From a virus: 64,000 nucleotides of DNA. Shown piece after piece: positions 37,701 through 46,441 of this stretch. The notes under the pieces are model-generated. The model saw nothing but the letters and a program-made list of their open reading frames with translations. It searched no databases and was not told the DNA's origin. The position numbers were made by a program, and so were the translations under genes. The stretch spans positions 9,337 to 73,336 of the IMG/VR virus record IMGVR_UViG_3300049740_002873. One strand, 5' to 3'. Numbering within the stretch: position 1 is the first letter of the stretch; each line of letters opens with the position of its first letter.

Positions 37701-40700
37701 CTCGATTGATAGTCTTACTAATACTCTTAACTATCCTGCTGACGGCAATAAGCATATTTGGCAAATTAGGGGTAGTATTAGTGATGGTGGTAGTAATGCT
37801 GAGGAGTGGCAATTTGATGATACTATTACAAAATTATCAAGTCAAGAATCTATAGAAGTAAAAGTTTTTTATACTCAAGATTTGGGTGGCAGTCCAATGG
37901 ATACCACAGAATTGGGTAATAAGATAAATGCTCTTGATAATATTGATGAATTAACTCTAAACAATGACACCTGGACATTGACAGGTTTTGATACTCTGCG
38001 GCAGAACGACGATAATTGGTATTTTGATTTAAACCCGACAAGTGTTAACACTAAGTACAGTAGAACATATATGTCTACGGTTGTTTTTTCTAAACCAAAT
38101 TTAGATTCAAATACATACTATCGAGTTGGCGATTGGTCTCCGTTAAGTTTATTTGTTTCTGATGGAAGATATATATTGCCAGAAGTTACTGTACGAACTA
38201 TAAATGATGATCAAGATGCAGAAGTTATACAAGATGTATTGCGGATTCCGACGGATGAAAATAATAATAATTTATATGATCATGATATACTACCAATAAC
38301 ACTTAAAATACCTAAAGGTAAGCGTGGACCTGGAACAACTTTTAGAGGTAAATTTTTAGATAGTAATGGAAAAGTTAAAGAAAAACCTTACGTAGGTGGA
38401 CCTGATGACCCGATTCGTGACGTTGTTGAGCATAATGGTTCTTATTACGTATGTATTCAGAGCTATAACGCTACAGAATCTAGTAAGACCCCTGATGAGG
38501 ATACTAATTATTGGCAATCCATTCCTCATTTTGAGTCAATTTCTACAGGTTTACTTTTGGCCGAAAGGTCTTTTGTTACAGATAAACTTGAGATTGGCGA
38601 CGAAGATGACGATGGAGGATTGATAAAATCTGTTGGTTTTCGCGGAGGATTAATTACAACTGAGAGCCAGATGGATTGGATAGGTTATTATAGCTTGGCG
38701 AAAGGGTATAATTTGAGCCTTCTCGACGGCACAAAGAATGTCTATAGTGAAAATTATAACACTCCAGGTTTCTTGCTTGCTAATATAAGGATTGCGGACA
38801 GCTCAAACTTGCCAGAAAATGGAGAGATGCATTCTTTCTTTGATGTCGGGGGTCCAGATCAAATAAATAAATTATTGGTTGACTCTGGTAAAAGTGACCC
38901 AGGAAACTCTTCGTATATTAGATATAGTTCTATGACCGGCAAAATAGAGCTTGCTGGGTCATTTATAAATAATTCAACATTAAATGAAACCGCAGTTTTT
39001 GAAGCTGCAGACGATGGACAATTAATAGACAGTAATTGGGTTCTGGATGAATATGGAAGTTTTATAGGCGGTGGATACAATAATGAATTATCCGGTGATA
39101 CTGGAGAAATGTATATACTAAATATTCCTGGCAATCTGTGCGACTCGATGATGACCTCTGGTGGTAGAAATGTTTATGATTATGGATTTGAACCGTACGA
39201 ACAATGGAAACTCAATCATTGGCAATGGGCTCCAGTGAGTCGTGTTTGGTTACGTAATAGTGATGGTACTTATGGTAGGCGTTTTACCAAAGATGATATA
39301 TTTTATAACAATATAATCATTACAAAAGAGGAATACGATGCGCTAAGTTATTCGACAGGTTTTTCTTGGTATAGCGGTTGGGGTAGTGATGGATGGAGGG
39401 TCTATTTTGGTAAAGAGCATTTTATACAATGGGTAAATGGTAGACCCGCTTTTGTAAATACAGGCTCTTCTATAGTTGCTGGAGCGGGTAATGAAATAAA
39501 AGGTAGATTTTCTACAATATCTGGTGGATACAAGTCTTTATGTAAGGATAATTTCTCATTTATAGGAGCTGGTTATAAAAATGAAATGTCCGTAGATGAA
39601 TCGGAATTAATTTATCATAGTGTTGGAATACCTCCATATGAATACGACAAATCTTTTACGCAAATTAGGACTGTATATGAATACTCTAGGGCCTACGCTC
39701 AAGATCTTGCATACTTAGATTATTACGACAACGTTAGTTTTGAGGCAATTTCTGCAGAAACATTCTCGTCTGGTTATTTTACATATTTTTATAAGCCAGC
39801 GTATTTTGAGGGAGATCCTGATGGAGAAAGTCACGTCTGGACTGGTAGTTGGTCAAGTATATACCGCACAGCCGCTCAGTGGATTTGGGGAAAATACTTC
39901 AACGTTTCTAATCCAGCTGGGGCACAAAATTCTAAAGAACAGTATCAAAATTATCCAAGGGGTAATGTTTATCTTTTTAAAACCTTAGACGATCCTATGC
40001 TTGATGATACTTCGGATGATTTTAAGTTTGTAGACAGTAATCAATATCCGGATTTACAACTAATTCATGGAACTGAAGTGTATCAACTTTCGCCTCAAGG
40101 CGATGAATACTATGATGAATCGACTCTTATTTCTTCTTTTTTAGATAGATGTCTACAGCCAGGTAGGCGGGCAGAATTAATTCAAGATATGGGTGGGGGT
40201 ATAGAAAATATGTATTTTACTATAAGGGAAGTCTACAGTCAGGGGGATTCAGATACTTGGTATTATTACACTACTCAAATGGGAAAAGCAGTAAGCTCTG
40301 CCTACCTTATACCTTTACAGAAAATTGGTGATACGTATTCAGTTAGAAAAGTAAATGGTAAAACTAAAAGATATCAACTTGAATCTCATTCCGAGCTTAA
40401 ATCAAGGGGTTATAGAGTAAGAGACGGGCACTCAAGGTTTAAAGCTTATGAAGATTATACTTCAGGAAAAACCTTGAAAGAGATAACTGTAAATCAAGAC
40501 TTTGGTAAGTTTAGACTACCTTATGAAGAAATATATACTAATCAATCATATATCACTAGACAATTAGAGTTAGGGACATTAACTCTAGAGCAGGAAGACT
40601 TTGAAAAGCTTCCTAAGTATACTTCATTAGATTATTGGGGCAATTTATATTTAGGGCGAGATTTTTTTGAAATTAGAGATTTTGGTTACGGACTTTCTGG

Positions 40701-41310
40701 GTCTCATCAAGGAGTTAATTTCATGGGTTCCGGAATAAATAACAAAATTGAAGGGGGCTCTAATCAAACCATATTAAATGGCAATAATAATAAAATCGAA
40801 AGCAAGGTTGGAATTTTTGCTCCTAAATTTGATAATTTAAACTCTTGGACTAATAAGAATATTTTAGGGACTTACGATAGTGACAATATAGTCTCCAATG
40901 GAAAGTTTGAATCTTTTTTTGGTAGATTAGATGTCGCAGATTTTCAAGCAGGAGTTCCAACTAATCGAGTAGTAAGTAACTTAAATCTCAGCGCATGGGT
41001 TCGTCTTGATTATATAGGAGATAAGAATTATAGTATATTTAGTTTTGATCCAGAAACAAGAATCTCTAAAATTGAGGATGAACACGGATTAAATGACCCT
41101 AATTCTGAGAATTATTTAGAGGGAAGATGGGTATATTTAGCTCGAGACTATGATTTTTTATATCTAGATAAACCTATAAAATCGATGTGGGTGTATCTAT
41201 CTGATATAAGTTCTGTAGGAAAAAATCCAACGCACGAGGGTTGGTGTATCATTTATCGAAATAATAGCTATAATGCAAGAAAAAATATTACGTTTGCATA
41301 TACCAAATAA
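31747..41310 (+). CDS. Giant tail tip/central fibre protein (gpJ C-terminal-like), 3187 aa
   Basis: FN3-like segments (VRIYAISSIG, WVRAVDKGGN), CBM5/12-like repeats, DUF1983-like IVDGAITNAKIGSLSADKITAG, short collagen-like GPQGQQGETG, beta-roll motifs. Confidence 0.75.
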   Translation: MKRTSILVSFNINDLQASYEAVVSSKDYSFTKNFGKGSDLVSLVGHNFSQNISLEGNYGNFQVRIYAISSIGVRSDYISENVTVVPPEFYGTFQFSELVNNVGANVSNASNSYTIINSPEDFSSGNSLEISDGVYDKNVSLSWSLNPPFGHVLHGQNLTDALLGDTFFDHFKIKIIKSGNEIDLSFFDENGAEISALANSLSVSNSSVIDKLNNYKEFNLNLSDEVFNALNLGRSFSVEIQAFDSKGNDCSASIDFSSTPPVINSLTNNIVGNKSTLTWDYSGITVGKSNSIRVISMPLSSYLKDSEDFEENFSFFSLVANAKKYKNISGNTYAVGDVVSYNGYVYECISQHSSSSSTRPGNNSIWTQIGPEGVYNVSQQTSSSNSYEQFQDWGYKYYYSLTPSDIIGEGDSVEYRIAGDLAASSSSVSIQNGLAYEDRGDIVFSWDIQDNNGNDVDLDQYRFSSNPNFPPAILGISGHLFDLDMWRNYSKEVIIKQLNDGRNSVSTNADGELSAAPSVGVYDRYEYNISENRNIYTSRGFPAYEVFNYEKIYNQGQYVIVLDQEGLYYAARDTLNSDSNGKSIYVKPYYSEFNIEDNYKSGDCIVENNSIYELKQDFGIDSSKGVFRYDSNYDVGDYVIASNNFVQKFDAAKGYEVDEIVTFEGNFYICITAQLIYAEDINNRNYWALLSEFDEIECSLYVATNAVSSNANYPSQDSVNWQKIQLNNENYFSLIIEPYPMQGFSDWSSSVVYEEGDVVVYKNDTWVCASRNSGQKPGRRKMYWSNSAPDGVDLVEGFGYKEGDLVYANGSVYECLRDNPLCAPLRLENTDARSSYSQVGWKPFWVQDETYNDVVFGHMAIPEGGKRGVGLSLSILDINEEPISSVRITGVNPAPVISNQDFEIDSISVTERVKFNFKYLLGFQERTTFLELYRKPAQDWIDDDYTFEIRDKKNFVKRVEANVDDAYGENIVEIEDFPPIEVDSNGKKIAAGYVYKLLPYDDFGSGQQHFVSSDNGDKIISVFPKNLSNQEEGAPNGPVIRASQGIANLGAVPFPVDNLSGSTAFETFLLNWETRDNDIDFFELWQEKSDSNEGALIIQEGESTPEFLSQEKNQEGFRRFAGALYSIGDTVPTEQTEFSVINAEKIFDIPGNTRTVSTSVAGDANSSANFWVRAVDKGGNKSPFTGSFLGDSSSNILGLSLTAGGFDPQSIDGFESSITEKFPKSIALVPDNPFIAGDRNAWSSHKLFWRGGEYNISEYDNTDFSAEYSEGYVYWRTGDNAYGFSESHPANNSDLEFEDGDFIVARYSKDEEGALHVSTQFVAYNTASIGTANIVDGAITNAKIGSLSADKITAGLINSQDIQIGGTGAIRSVGFNGSETDSGFTLNGDGEFIFQKVIGNQVSKIFFGEEGLVIQGKLKSTSGKTTEIIRGSASTESLKYYPITEPIHHPDGYNSIIMEDELTFYPFWHEKITDTTTEYAKATAPTIEFTFRIQNSTLRPEDIRFNVFAVKDGDTVQIVGDEHHGGHGYDIYGFKFDLNNNSGDDIVIDEDSMIVKCTLDGGYVKDHDVWSKALAPQYYPHSYGFDYMIKFAFTSDLPGGWLYDNGLEGKYFAEDQIADGVLVQYTSISGSGTEQVIVRRTADAVAGPQGQQGETGASVDFWFTRSHSLPSFVDSGENPGDEWYTDFSKLSDTIKAFSTINPKTGELINSNYIKWLEGNSNIQVNLSDIGFNYYEIPDVLNPKLEDSWGQSPGEVVINSVVQSSNGDIVITFATANGGPVYGMGYLQFDLIAKGSLYSLKAQSTGNTDEFNFSNLQQIEGDAIAEIAVHRVYNEGEFDGLPIDVQKVLRAITFNFRENKLNLNEDGKLYDASGSFSEFSNSDKAALEAELEEWTTDQPSLNPGQELRSALLLFAGSKVDSKSTPLNPDPISIDIRQTREILTIQEIFFKASPTKPSDEHATPNTSPEGGGLNVPEDNYQNNGWYNSIDSLTNTLNYPADGNKHIWQIRGSISDGGSNAEEWQFDDTITKLSSQESIEVKVFYTQDLGGSPMDTTELGNKINALDNIDELTLNNDTWTLTGFDTLRQNDDNWYFDLNPTSVNTKYSRTYMSTVVFSKPNLDSNTYYRVGDWSPLSLFVSDGRYILPEVTVRTINDDQDAEVIQDVLRIPTDENNNNLYDHDILPITLKIPKGKRGPGTTFRGKFLDSNGKVKEKPYVGGPDDPIRDVVEHNGSYYVCIQSYNATESSKTPDEDTNYWQSIPHFESISTGLLLAERSFVTDKLEIGDEDDDGGLIKSVGFRGGLITTESQMDWIGYYSLAKGYNLSLLDGTKNVYSENYNTPGFLLANIRIADSSNLPENGEMHSFFDVGGPDQINKLLVDSGKSDPGNSSYIRYSSMTGKIELAGSFINNSTLNETAVFEAADDGQLIDSNWVLDEYGSFIGGGYNNELSGDTGEMYILNIPGNLCDSMMTSGGRNVYDYGFEPYEQWKLNHWQWAPVSRVWLRNSDGTYGRRFTKDDIFYNNIIITKEEYDALSYSTGFSWYSGWGSDGWRVYFGKEHFIQWVNGRPAFVNTGSSIVAGAGNEIKGRFSTISGGYKSLCKDNFSFIGAGYKNEMSVDESELIYHSVGIPPYEYDKSFTQIRTVYEYSRAYAQDLAYLDYYDNVSFEAISAETFSSGYFTYFYKPAYFEGDPDGESHVWTGSWSSIYRTAAQWIWGKYFNVSNPAGAQNSKEQYQNYPRGNVYLFKTLDDPMLDDTSDDFKFVDSNQYPDLQLIHGTEVYQLSPQGDEYYDESTLISSFLDRCLQPGRRAELIQDMGGGIENMYFTIREVYSQGDSDTWYYYTTQMGKAVSSAYLIPLQKIGDTYSVRKVNGKTKRYQLESHSELKSRGYRVRDGHSRFKAYEDYTSGKTLKEITVNQDFGKFRLPYEEIYTNQSYITRQLELGTLTLEQEDFEKLPKYTSLDYWGNLYLGRDFFEIRDFGYGLSGSHQGVNFMGSGINNKIEGGSNQTILNGNNNKIESKVGIFAPKFDNLNSWTNKNILGTYDSDNIVSNGKFESFFGRLDVADFQAGVPTNRVVSNLNLSAWVRLDYIGDKNYSIFSFDPETRISKIEDEHGLNDPNSENYLEGRWVYLARDYDFLYLDKPIKSMWVYLSDISSVGKNPTHEGWCIIYRNNSYNARKNITFAYTK

Positions 41311-41325
41311 AGTTAATTTAAAATT

Positions 41326-42564
41326 ATGAATTTAAACCCCCCAAATTTAAGTAATAGTTATGGCAGAGACTTTACTTCTCCTTTGAATAATAATGGTTTT
41401 AATGAATATTATAATGAAAATAATTTGATACTTGCTGGTAACGATAATGAAATATTCAATTCTCGATCCTGTTCAGTTATTCATGGTAATGGTAATTTAA
41501 TATCGAATAAATATAATTGTCATGTAATTGGAGATTATTTAGGTAAAGAAAATATAACCGATCTGGAAGACGGTTCGTTTAATGTTGGTTGTTATAATGG
41601 TATTAATTCATGGGGAAAAATAACTGCAAAAAGAGGTGGCGCAGAAATAAACGGAGCGTTGCTTTTGTCGGAAACTAATTTAGCTGATGGATTTGCTAGT
41701 ATAGAATTTAAAAATGATAGAGATGTCGCTTCTTCTAGAATATCTCTTGGAAAAGATGAAACGCAACTAAATTATGATTCATTTGCTCAATGGGCACAAT
41801 TTAATTTGGGTTTTGTGGGTTTCGATGGTGCTAGTGGTTGGTATTCTTCCGGCTGGTTTCTGAGCAATAGTTGGGAAGCTTTTGTAGACTCTCGGGAAAA
41901 TAATCCAGATAGTGGAGATGTATCATTTGGGGCTAATTTAAATAGCTGGATTTACTTAAATTTACACGAAAATAATAAATTTTATGATTTTAAAAGAAAT
42001 GTGGTTGATAGTACTCCGAGTATCTTTTTGGCGTACGTAAATGTATCTCAGAAAGAATCTAATAACTCATTTTGGGCTTATCTTGGTGATAATGATCCGG
42101 AAACAGATGCAACCTGGGAATATGAAGATAAATGGGTTTGGTTTTCTCAAGGAACTTTTCCTTTTGCTTATGTTCACCCAACCGGAAGTTGGATATACTT
42201 TTATCAAGACGAAGATAATCAAAACTATGTTCCTACTTTTGATAATATATCAAATCTTAGTATTAATACATTACACACTATTGAGACTATTGGTGGTAGC
42301 AGTGACATTATTATTGATTCGCAACAAGATGAAACCGCTGCAAACTTAATAGTTGAAGGTAAAACAAAATCTATCCAAGGCTTTGTTGTTGGCTCAAAAG
42401 AACAAAATAGTGAGGTTACATGGACTAGCGGAAAGGGCCCTCCCACTAGTAGCGGACAACCAATAGAAGTCCAACAAGCTAGTAAGGGTTCTCTTTATAC
42501 TGATATTAATGGTAGTAATGGTAATGTGCTTTGGGTTAAAGAGAGTAGTTGGGTTCCTAAATAA
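41326..42564 (+). CDS. Tail fibre-associated protein with Trp-rich domain
   Basis: N-terminal beta-roll motifs (ILAGNDNEI, VIHGNGNLI); C-terminal GSLYTD..LWVKE..W module. Confidence 0.55.
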   Translation: MNLNPPNLSNSYGRDFTSPLNNNGFNEYYNENNLILAGNDNEIFNSRSCSVIHGNGNLISNKYNCHVIGDYLGKENITDLEDGSFNVGCYNGINSWGKITAKRGGAEINGALLLSETNLADGFASIEFKNDRDVASSRISLGKDETQLNYDSFAQWAQFNLGFVGFDGASGWYSSGWFLSNSWEAFVDSRENNPDSGDVSFGANLNSWIYLNLHENNKFYDFKRNVVDSTPSIFLAYVNVSQKESNNSFWAYLGDNDPETDATWEYEDKWVWFSQGTFPFAYVHPTGSWIYFYQDEDNQNYVPTFDNISNLSINTLHTIETIGGSSDIIIDSQQDETAANLIVEGKTKSIQGFVVGSKEQNSEVTWTSGKGPPTSSGQPIEVQQASKGSLYTDINGSNGNVLWVKESSWVPK

Positions 42565-42565
42565 T

Positions 42566-43405
42566 TTAAGAATTTATTGCTCTCATTAATATTCTAGCTT
42601 CGGTCGCAGGAATATCTTCAAAGTTCATCCAATTTTTAACGTTTTCGTTTTTATATTTACCATTACTCCACCAGTCTCGCAATATAACTTTAAATTCTTC
42701 AAAGTTACCACAGTTTAATTTATCTTTAGCCATATTCTGAATCATTGAGTGGGGTGTCAAAGAGGGACTCATGGAGCTTTGCTGCGGAGAGTTTTTATCT
42801 GACTTATCGATCTCATCATCACCAACGATATGTACGTTTAGAAAATTTCTTACAGCTCTAACAAAAGCTCTATTACACGCAATGGTTTCAAGGAACTTAG
42901 TCGCAAAACTGCTTGTGTTATTTAGCGTAGCATTAGCCATGTCTTGATAAACGACTGGTTTGCCGCCTGTTTCGTAATTTGGTAAAAAGGTTACATTGCA
43001 TATCACAGCGACATGATCCTGCTCGCATTTAACTACTTCATAATTAACATTAGAAAAGCCTCTAAGCTTTGCTAATTCTTTTATTCCAGATAATTTAATT
43101 AATAATTGATGATCTTTTAATCCTTCTATACTTCTGGGTACATCTTTTTTTCTTAAATCAAACCAAGATTTATTTGGAAATAAATGTTCATCTTTTATCA
43201 TTGATCTCCAATTGACTGATCCATCTGTATCGAATATATAATCTACTTCGTCTAATAAGCCAAATTCATTCCTGTTGAATTTACCAGGTCCGTCTTTATA
43301 ATTTTTTTGAAATTTTTGAGTTTTTTTTGTTTCCATAATATCTTCCACTGCACAATCTGCTGTGATTGTAACAGAATTATCTGTTGCTGTTATTGTTTTA
43401 TTCAT
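42566..43405 (-). CDS. Putative single-strand annealing protein (Rad52/RecT-superfamily-like)
   Basis: IKLSGIKELA...ANAT..N...IACNRAFVRAVRNFL...DDEI resembles the SSAP core; DNA-metabolism neighbourhood. Confidence 0.45.
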   Translation of the reverse strand: MNKTITATDNSVTITADCAVEDIMETKKTQKFQKNYKDGPGKFNRNEFGLLDEVDYIFDTDGSVNWRSMIKDEHLFPNKSWFDLRKKDVPRSIEGLKDHQLLIKLSGIKELAKLRGFSNVNYEVVKCEQDHVAVICNVTFLPNYETGGKPVVYQDMANATLNNTSSFATKFLETIACNRAFVRAVRNFLNVHIVGDDEIDKSDKNSPQQSSMSPSLTPHSMIQNMAKDKLNCGNFEEFKVILRDWWSNGKYKNENVKNWMNFEDIPATEARILMRAINS

Positions 43406-44546
43406 TGTATAACATAAAGCTCTCTGATTCTTCCCAGAAATCGGGCGAATCTATCATTGTGTCTTGATCGATTAAGTTTTGCTTCCACGCTGCTTTACTT
43501 CTATATATTTTGTTATTTGATACTAATATTTGAGAGCTTTTGTATTTCGTATTATTGCATATTTTTTCGTGGTTGTCAATATCTTTTTTACTTCTAGGGG
43601 TAATTAGAAAAACTTCCCAGTCAAAAAAGTTGATTCTTAATTTACTTAGGTTTTCAGAATCTTTAGTGATTAGTTTTAATGGTATACCTAGATTTGATAT
43701 TTCGCTAAAATAATTTTCATCATCATCTAAACTAACATAAAAATTTATTTGATTAATATTATGTTTTACTAGCTCTAGTAATTTTATATTGATTTGTTTA
43801 TTTAAAAATAGATTTACTTTTCTTTCGTTTGCTATTTTAATAATATTTGTTTCATCGAAATATTCATGCCCCATAATGTTTCCAGGTTTATTGTCAAACT
43901 GTTTTCCGTCAATTACTGTATCTGGTATAATGCATAAAGATGTTGAACTATAATTTCTTCCAGTATAAATTGTGGAAATTTTTTCAAGATCATTTTTTAT
44001 TTCGAGTAAATCTAGAATAGATTTAGCAATCTTTTCGGGTTTTATTTTGTTTATATTATCGATATATTCTGACACAAGAAGATTTGGCTTGAAGTTTTCT
44101 TGTTCTGTATTTAGACAAATTTGATTATCAGGAGAACCCCAGAAGGGTTTTACATAGTTACTATGCATGCTTCCATGAATAGAAACTATTTTTTTGTCTT
44201 CGCTAGAAGCCACATTAAGCAAGAAGGATTCTGGGCCGAAGAATAAACTACAACCTTCAATCAAGTAGGCTTGTTGCCTTAGCGATGCGTCGCTAATTTG
44301 ATCGCAACCTTCTATAGTCCAATCCGGTGAATCGCCGAGTAATAAAACTTTTATATTCTCCTTTTTTAGGTAAGGATTAATAAAATCTATTACATCTTGA
44401 TAGTAATGATAAAACTTAAATTTGTCTCCATGGCAGGCATGTAGTACAATATATTTTTCACTACAATACGGATAGTAGTTTTTTTCTATATGAGGTGAAT
44501 CTATTTTCACTCCACATGTTAAAGCGTACTGTTCTATTTTGTGCAT
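43398..44546 (-). CDS. Glycosyltransferase family 9-like (C-terminal domain) plus extension
   Basis: YIVLH..K.Y....V, SLRQQAYLIEGCSLFFGPESFLLNVAS..KKIVSIHG, INKIKPEKI. Confidence 0.75.
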   Translation of the reverse strand: MHKIEQYALTCGVKIDSPHIEKNYYPYCSEKYIVLHACHGDKFKFYHYYQDVIDFINPYLKKENIKVLLLGDSPDWTIEGCDQISDASLRQQAYLIEGCSLFFGPESFLLNVASSEDKKIVSIHGSMHSNYVKPFWGSPDNQICLNTEQENFKPNLLVSEYIDNINKIKPEKIAKSILDLLEIKNDLEKISTIYTGRNYSSTSLCIIPDTVIDGKQFDNKPGNIMGHEYFDETNIIKIANERKVNLFLNKQINIKLLELVKHNINQINFYVSLDDDENYFSEISNLGIPLKLITKDSENLSKLRINFFDWEVFLITPRSKKDIDNHEKICNNTKYKSSQILVSNNKIYRSKAAWKQNLIDQDTMIDSPDFWEESESFMLYNE

Positions 44547-46441
44547 AGATCGAATTGAATTTTATCTTTATTGTTTCTTGTTAAGAAATTATTTAAAGTA
44601 TTTAATATGCAGGGTTGAAAAACCATCTCAAAATAACCGTCATGCTCTCCATAACCTTCCATTAATGGGAGATCGTTCATTGATTCGTGGAATGGTATAC
44701 ATTTGTGCACATATGGATTTCCATCTAGTATTTCGAAAAATTTAGTTTTTGTTGCTACATAGATATTGTGATCTGGATAGAGCTCGTTTAAGTTTTTAAA
44801 TAAAGATGTAACAAGAAATACATCTTCTTCTGATGTGGGGACGTTTATTAGTATCCTTTTTCCTTTGTCGTCCGACAATAAGTCTTCAAGGTTTACTTTT
44901 TTGTTTTCACTATTTTCTTTTGATGCAACCTTCTTGAAGTACCTTAATACATCATCTCTTTTTAAGTCTGTTTTTAGTCTTTTTATCCAGTGATTATAAC
45001 CTTCGTCATATTGGTCTACTCTTTTTTTTAGTATATGTTTATATATATCTATTATGAATTCACTGTCAGTAAGATTTTCTGGAGGGTTGTATTCGGGATT
45101 TCTTTCTTCTGATGTAAAATCAAAGTCCCATTCACAGTGTGGCATGTTGTCAATTATTTCTTCAAGCTTTTCACCTACAACCTTTATACTGTAATTTTTC
45201 AAAACAAAGTCTCTAGATTTTTTCCCTATTTCCTTTCGCTTGGATTGTTGCATATTGAATACTTTATTTAATTGATTTGATATGCTATTCGGGTCTGTGC
45301 TGGCTTTAATAAATTGAGTTCCTTGCTCTCTATACTCTGTCCATTTTAAGGGTAAGCTACCACTACCTTCTACGCAAGAATCTTCGCCGCAACTATAGTT
45401 GGTTACTAATGTTATTAGTTCCGCAAGTTTGGCTTCTTGTATTGGAATTTCTTGACCTCCGCTTGTGAATGGGTGGCAATATACGTCCATAAGATTGTAG
45501 ATTTCATTAAGCTGTTGCTCTGAGGCCCCTACGCTTGTGTTTGGTGTTATTTGCGAACTTTTAGAGCCGCAAAAACTACAATCTACGTCTTCGGATTTAA
45601 AAGGTTTGATTTCATAGGATTTGCAATTTTTGCATATATGTGTTGTTAATACTGTATTGGGGTCTATAGAGTGTTCACTCATTAGTCTTTTAATGTCCCA
45701 CCCTTCAGTCCAGTTTGTGTGAAATAAAAGTTTTGCTTTTGAGTTTGGGTTTTGTCTTAAAAATTTATTGAATCCCTGTAATAAATTGGGAACGCTTTTT
45801 CTAAGTTGATTTCTGAAGACGAAGCCTATTATAAATTCGTCATCTCGCAAGCCTTGTTTTTTTCTTAATTCACTTCTTTCCTTATCGCTTAAACGAAAAA
45901 AATGTTTCGTATCAATAGCTCCCCTTAGTGTTTTTACATGATCGTACCCCATCTTGTTTAATGACTTTTGCGCAAAAGAAGCCCACGTATAATAGTTTTT
46001 GATATTAGGGGCAGACCTTACTGCTTCAGGTAATATAGGTAAGCTATCTAAAGTAGTCCATATCATAGAGTTAACTTTATTCCACCATATTTTATCTGTA
46101 TATCCACTAAACGCCCATATATCTTCTATGCCAATATACACATCCGGTTTTTCTGCCTCTATTACTTTATCAATCATCTCCGATCCGTAATGAGCGCTCC
46201 GTGCCATAGACGGATCTTTGCTTAGTGTTTCTATTAATTTCGGGTCATTGGGTAATGACCCTATACATTTCCAGGGCAGTTGTTTTAAGCTAGGGTCTGC
46301 CCATTTTTTACCATTAGAAAATTCTACTATTTCATATTTACCTGTTTTATGTAAATGTATTAAAATATTTTTAGCGTTTTTACCGAAGCCAGTTAAGGCT
46401 TTACAGTGATTGCTGTGGATTAATACTTTCTTTTTTTGCAT
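44534..46441 (-). CDS. Glycosyltransferase family 4 with Zn-ribbon, DUF4214-like region and GT9 N-terminal domain
   Basis: TGFGK, RNQLRK, YNLMDVYCHPFTSGGQEIPIQEA; CKNC..CSFC; EFIIDIYKHILKK; DVFLVTSLFKNLNELYP..GNPYV. Confidence 0.85.
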   Translation of the reverse strand: MQKKKVLIHSNHCKALTGFGKNAKNILIHLHKTGKYEIVEFSNGKKWADPSLKQLPWKCIGSLPNDPKLIETLSKDPSMARSAHYGSEMIDKVIEAEKPDVYIGIEDIWAFSGYTDKIWWNKVNSMIWTTLDSLPILPEAVRSAPNIKNYYTWASFAQKSLNKMGYDHVKTLRGAIDTKHFFRLSDKERSELRKKQGLRDDEFIIGFVFRNQLRKSVPNLLQGFNKFLRQNPNSKAKLLFHTNWTEGWDIKRLMSEHSIDPNTVLTTHICKNCKSYEIKPFKSEDVDCSFCGSKSSQITPNTSVGASEQQLNEIYNLMDVYCHPFTSGGQEIPIQEAKLAELITLVTNYSCGEDSCVEGSGSLPLKWTEYREQGTQFIKASTDPNSISNQLNKVFNMQQSKRKEIGKKSRDFVLKNYSIKVVGEKLEEIIDNMPHCEWDFDFTSEERNPEYNPPENLTDSEFIIDIYKHILKKRVDQYDEGYNHWIKRLKTDLKRDDVLRYFKKVASKENSENKKVNLEDLLSDDKGKRILINVPTSEEDVFLVTSLFKNLNELYPDHNIYVATKTKFFEILDGNPYVHKCIPFHESMNDLPLMEGYGEHDGYFEMVFQPCILNTLNNFLTRNNKDKIQFDLCTK

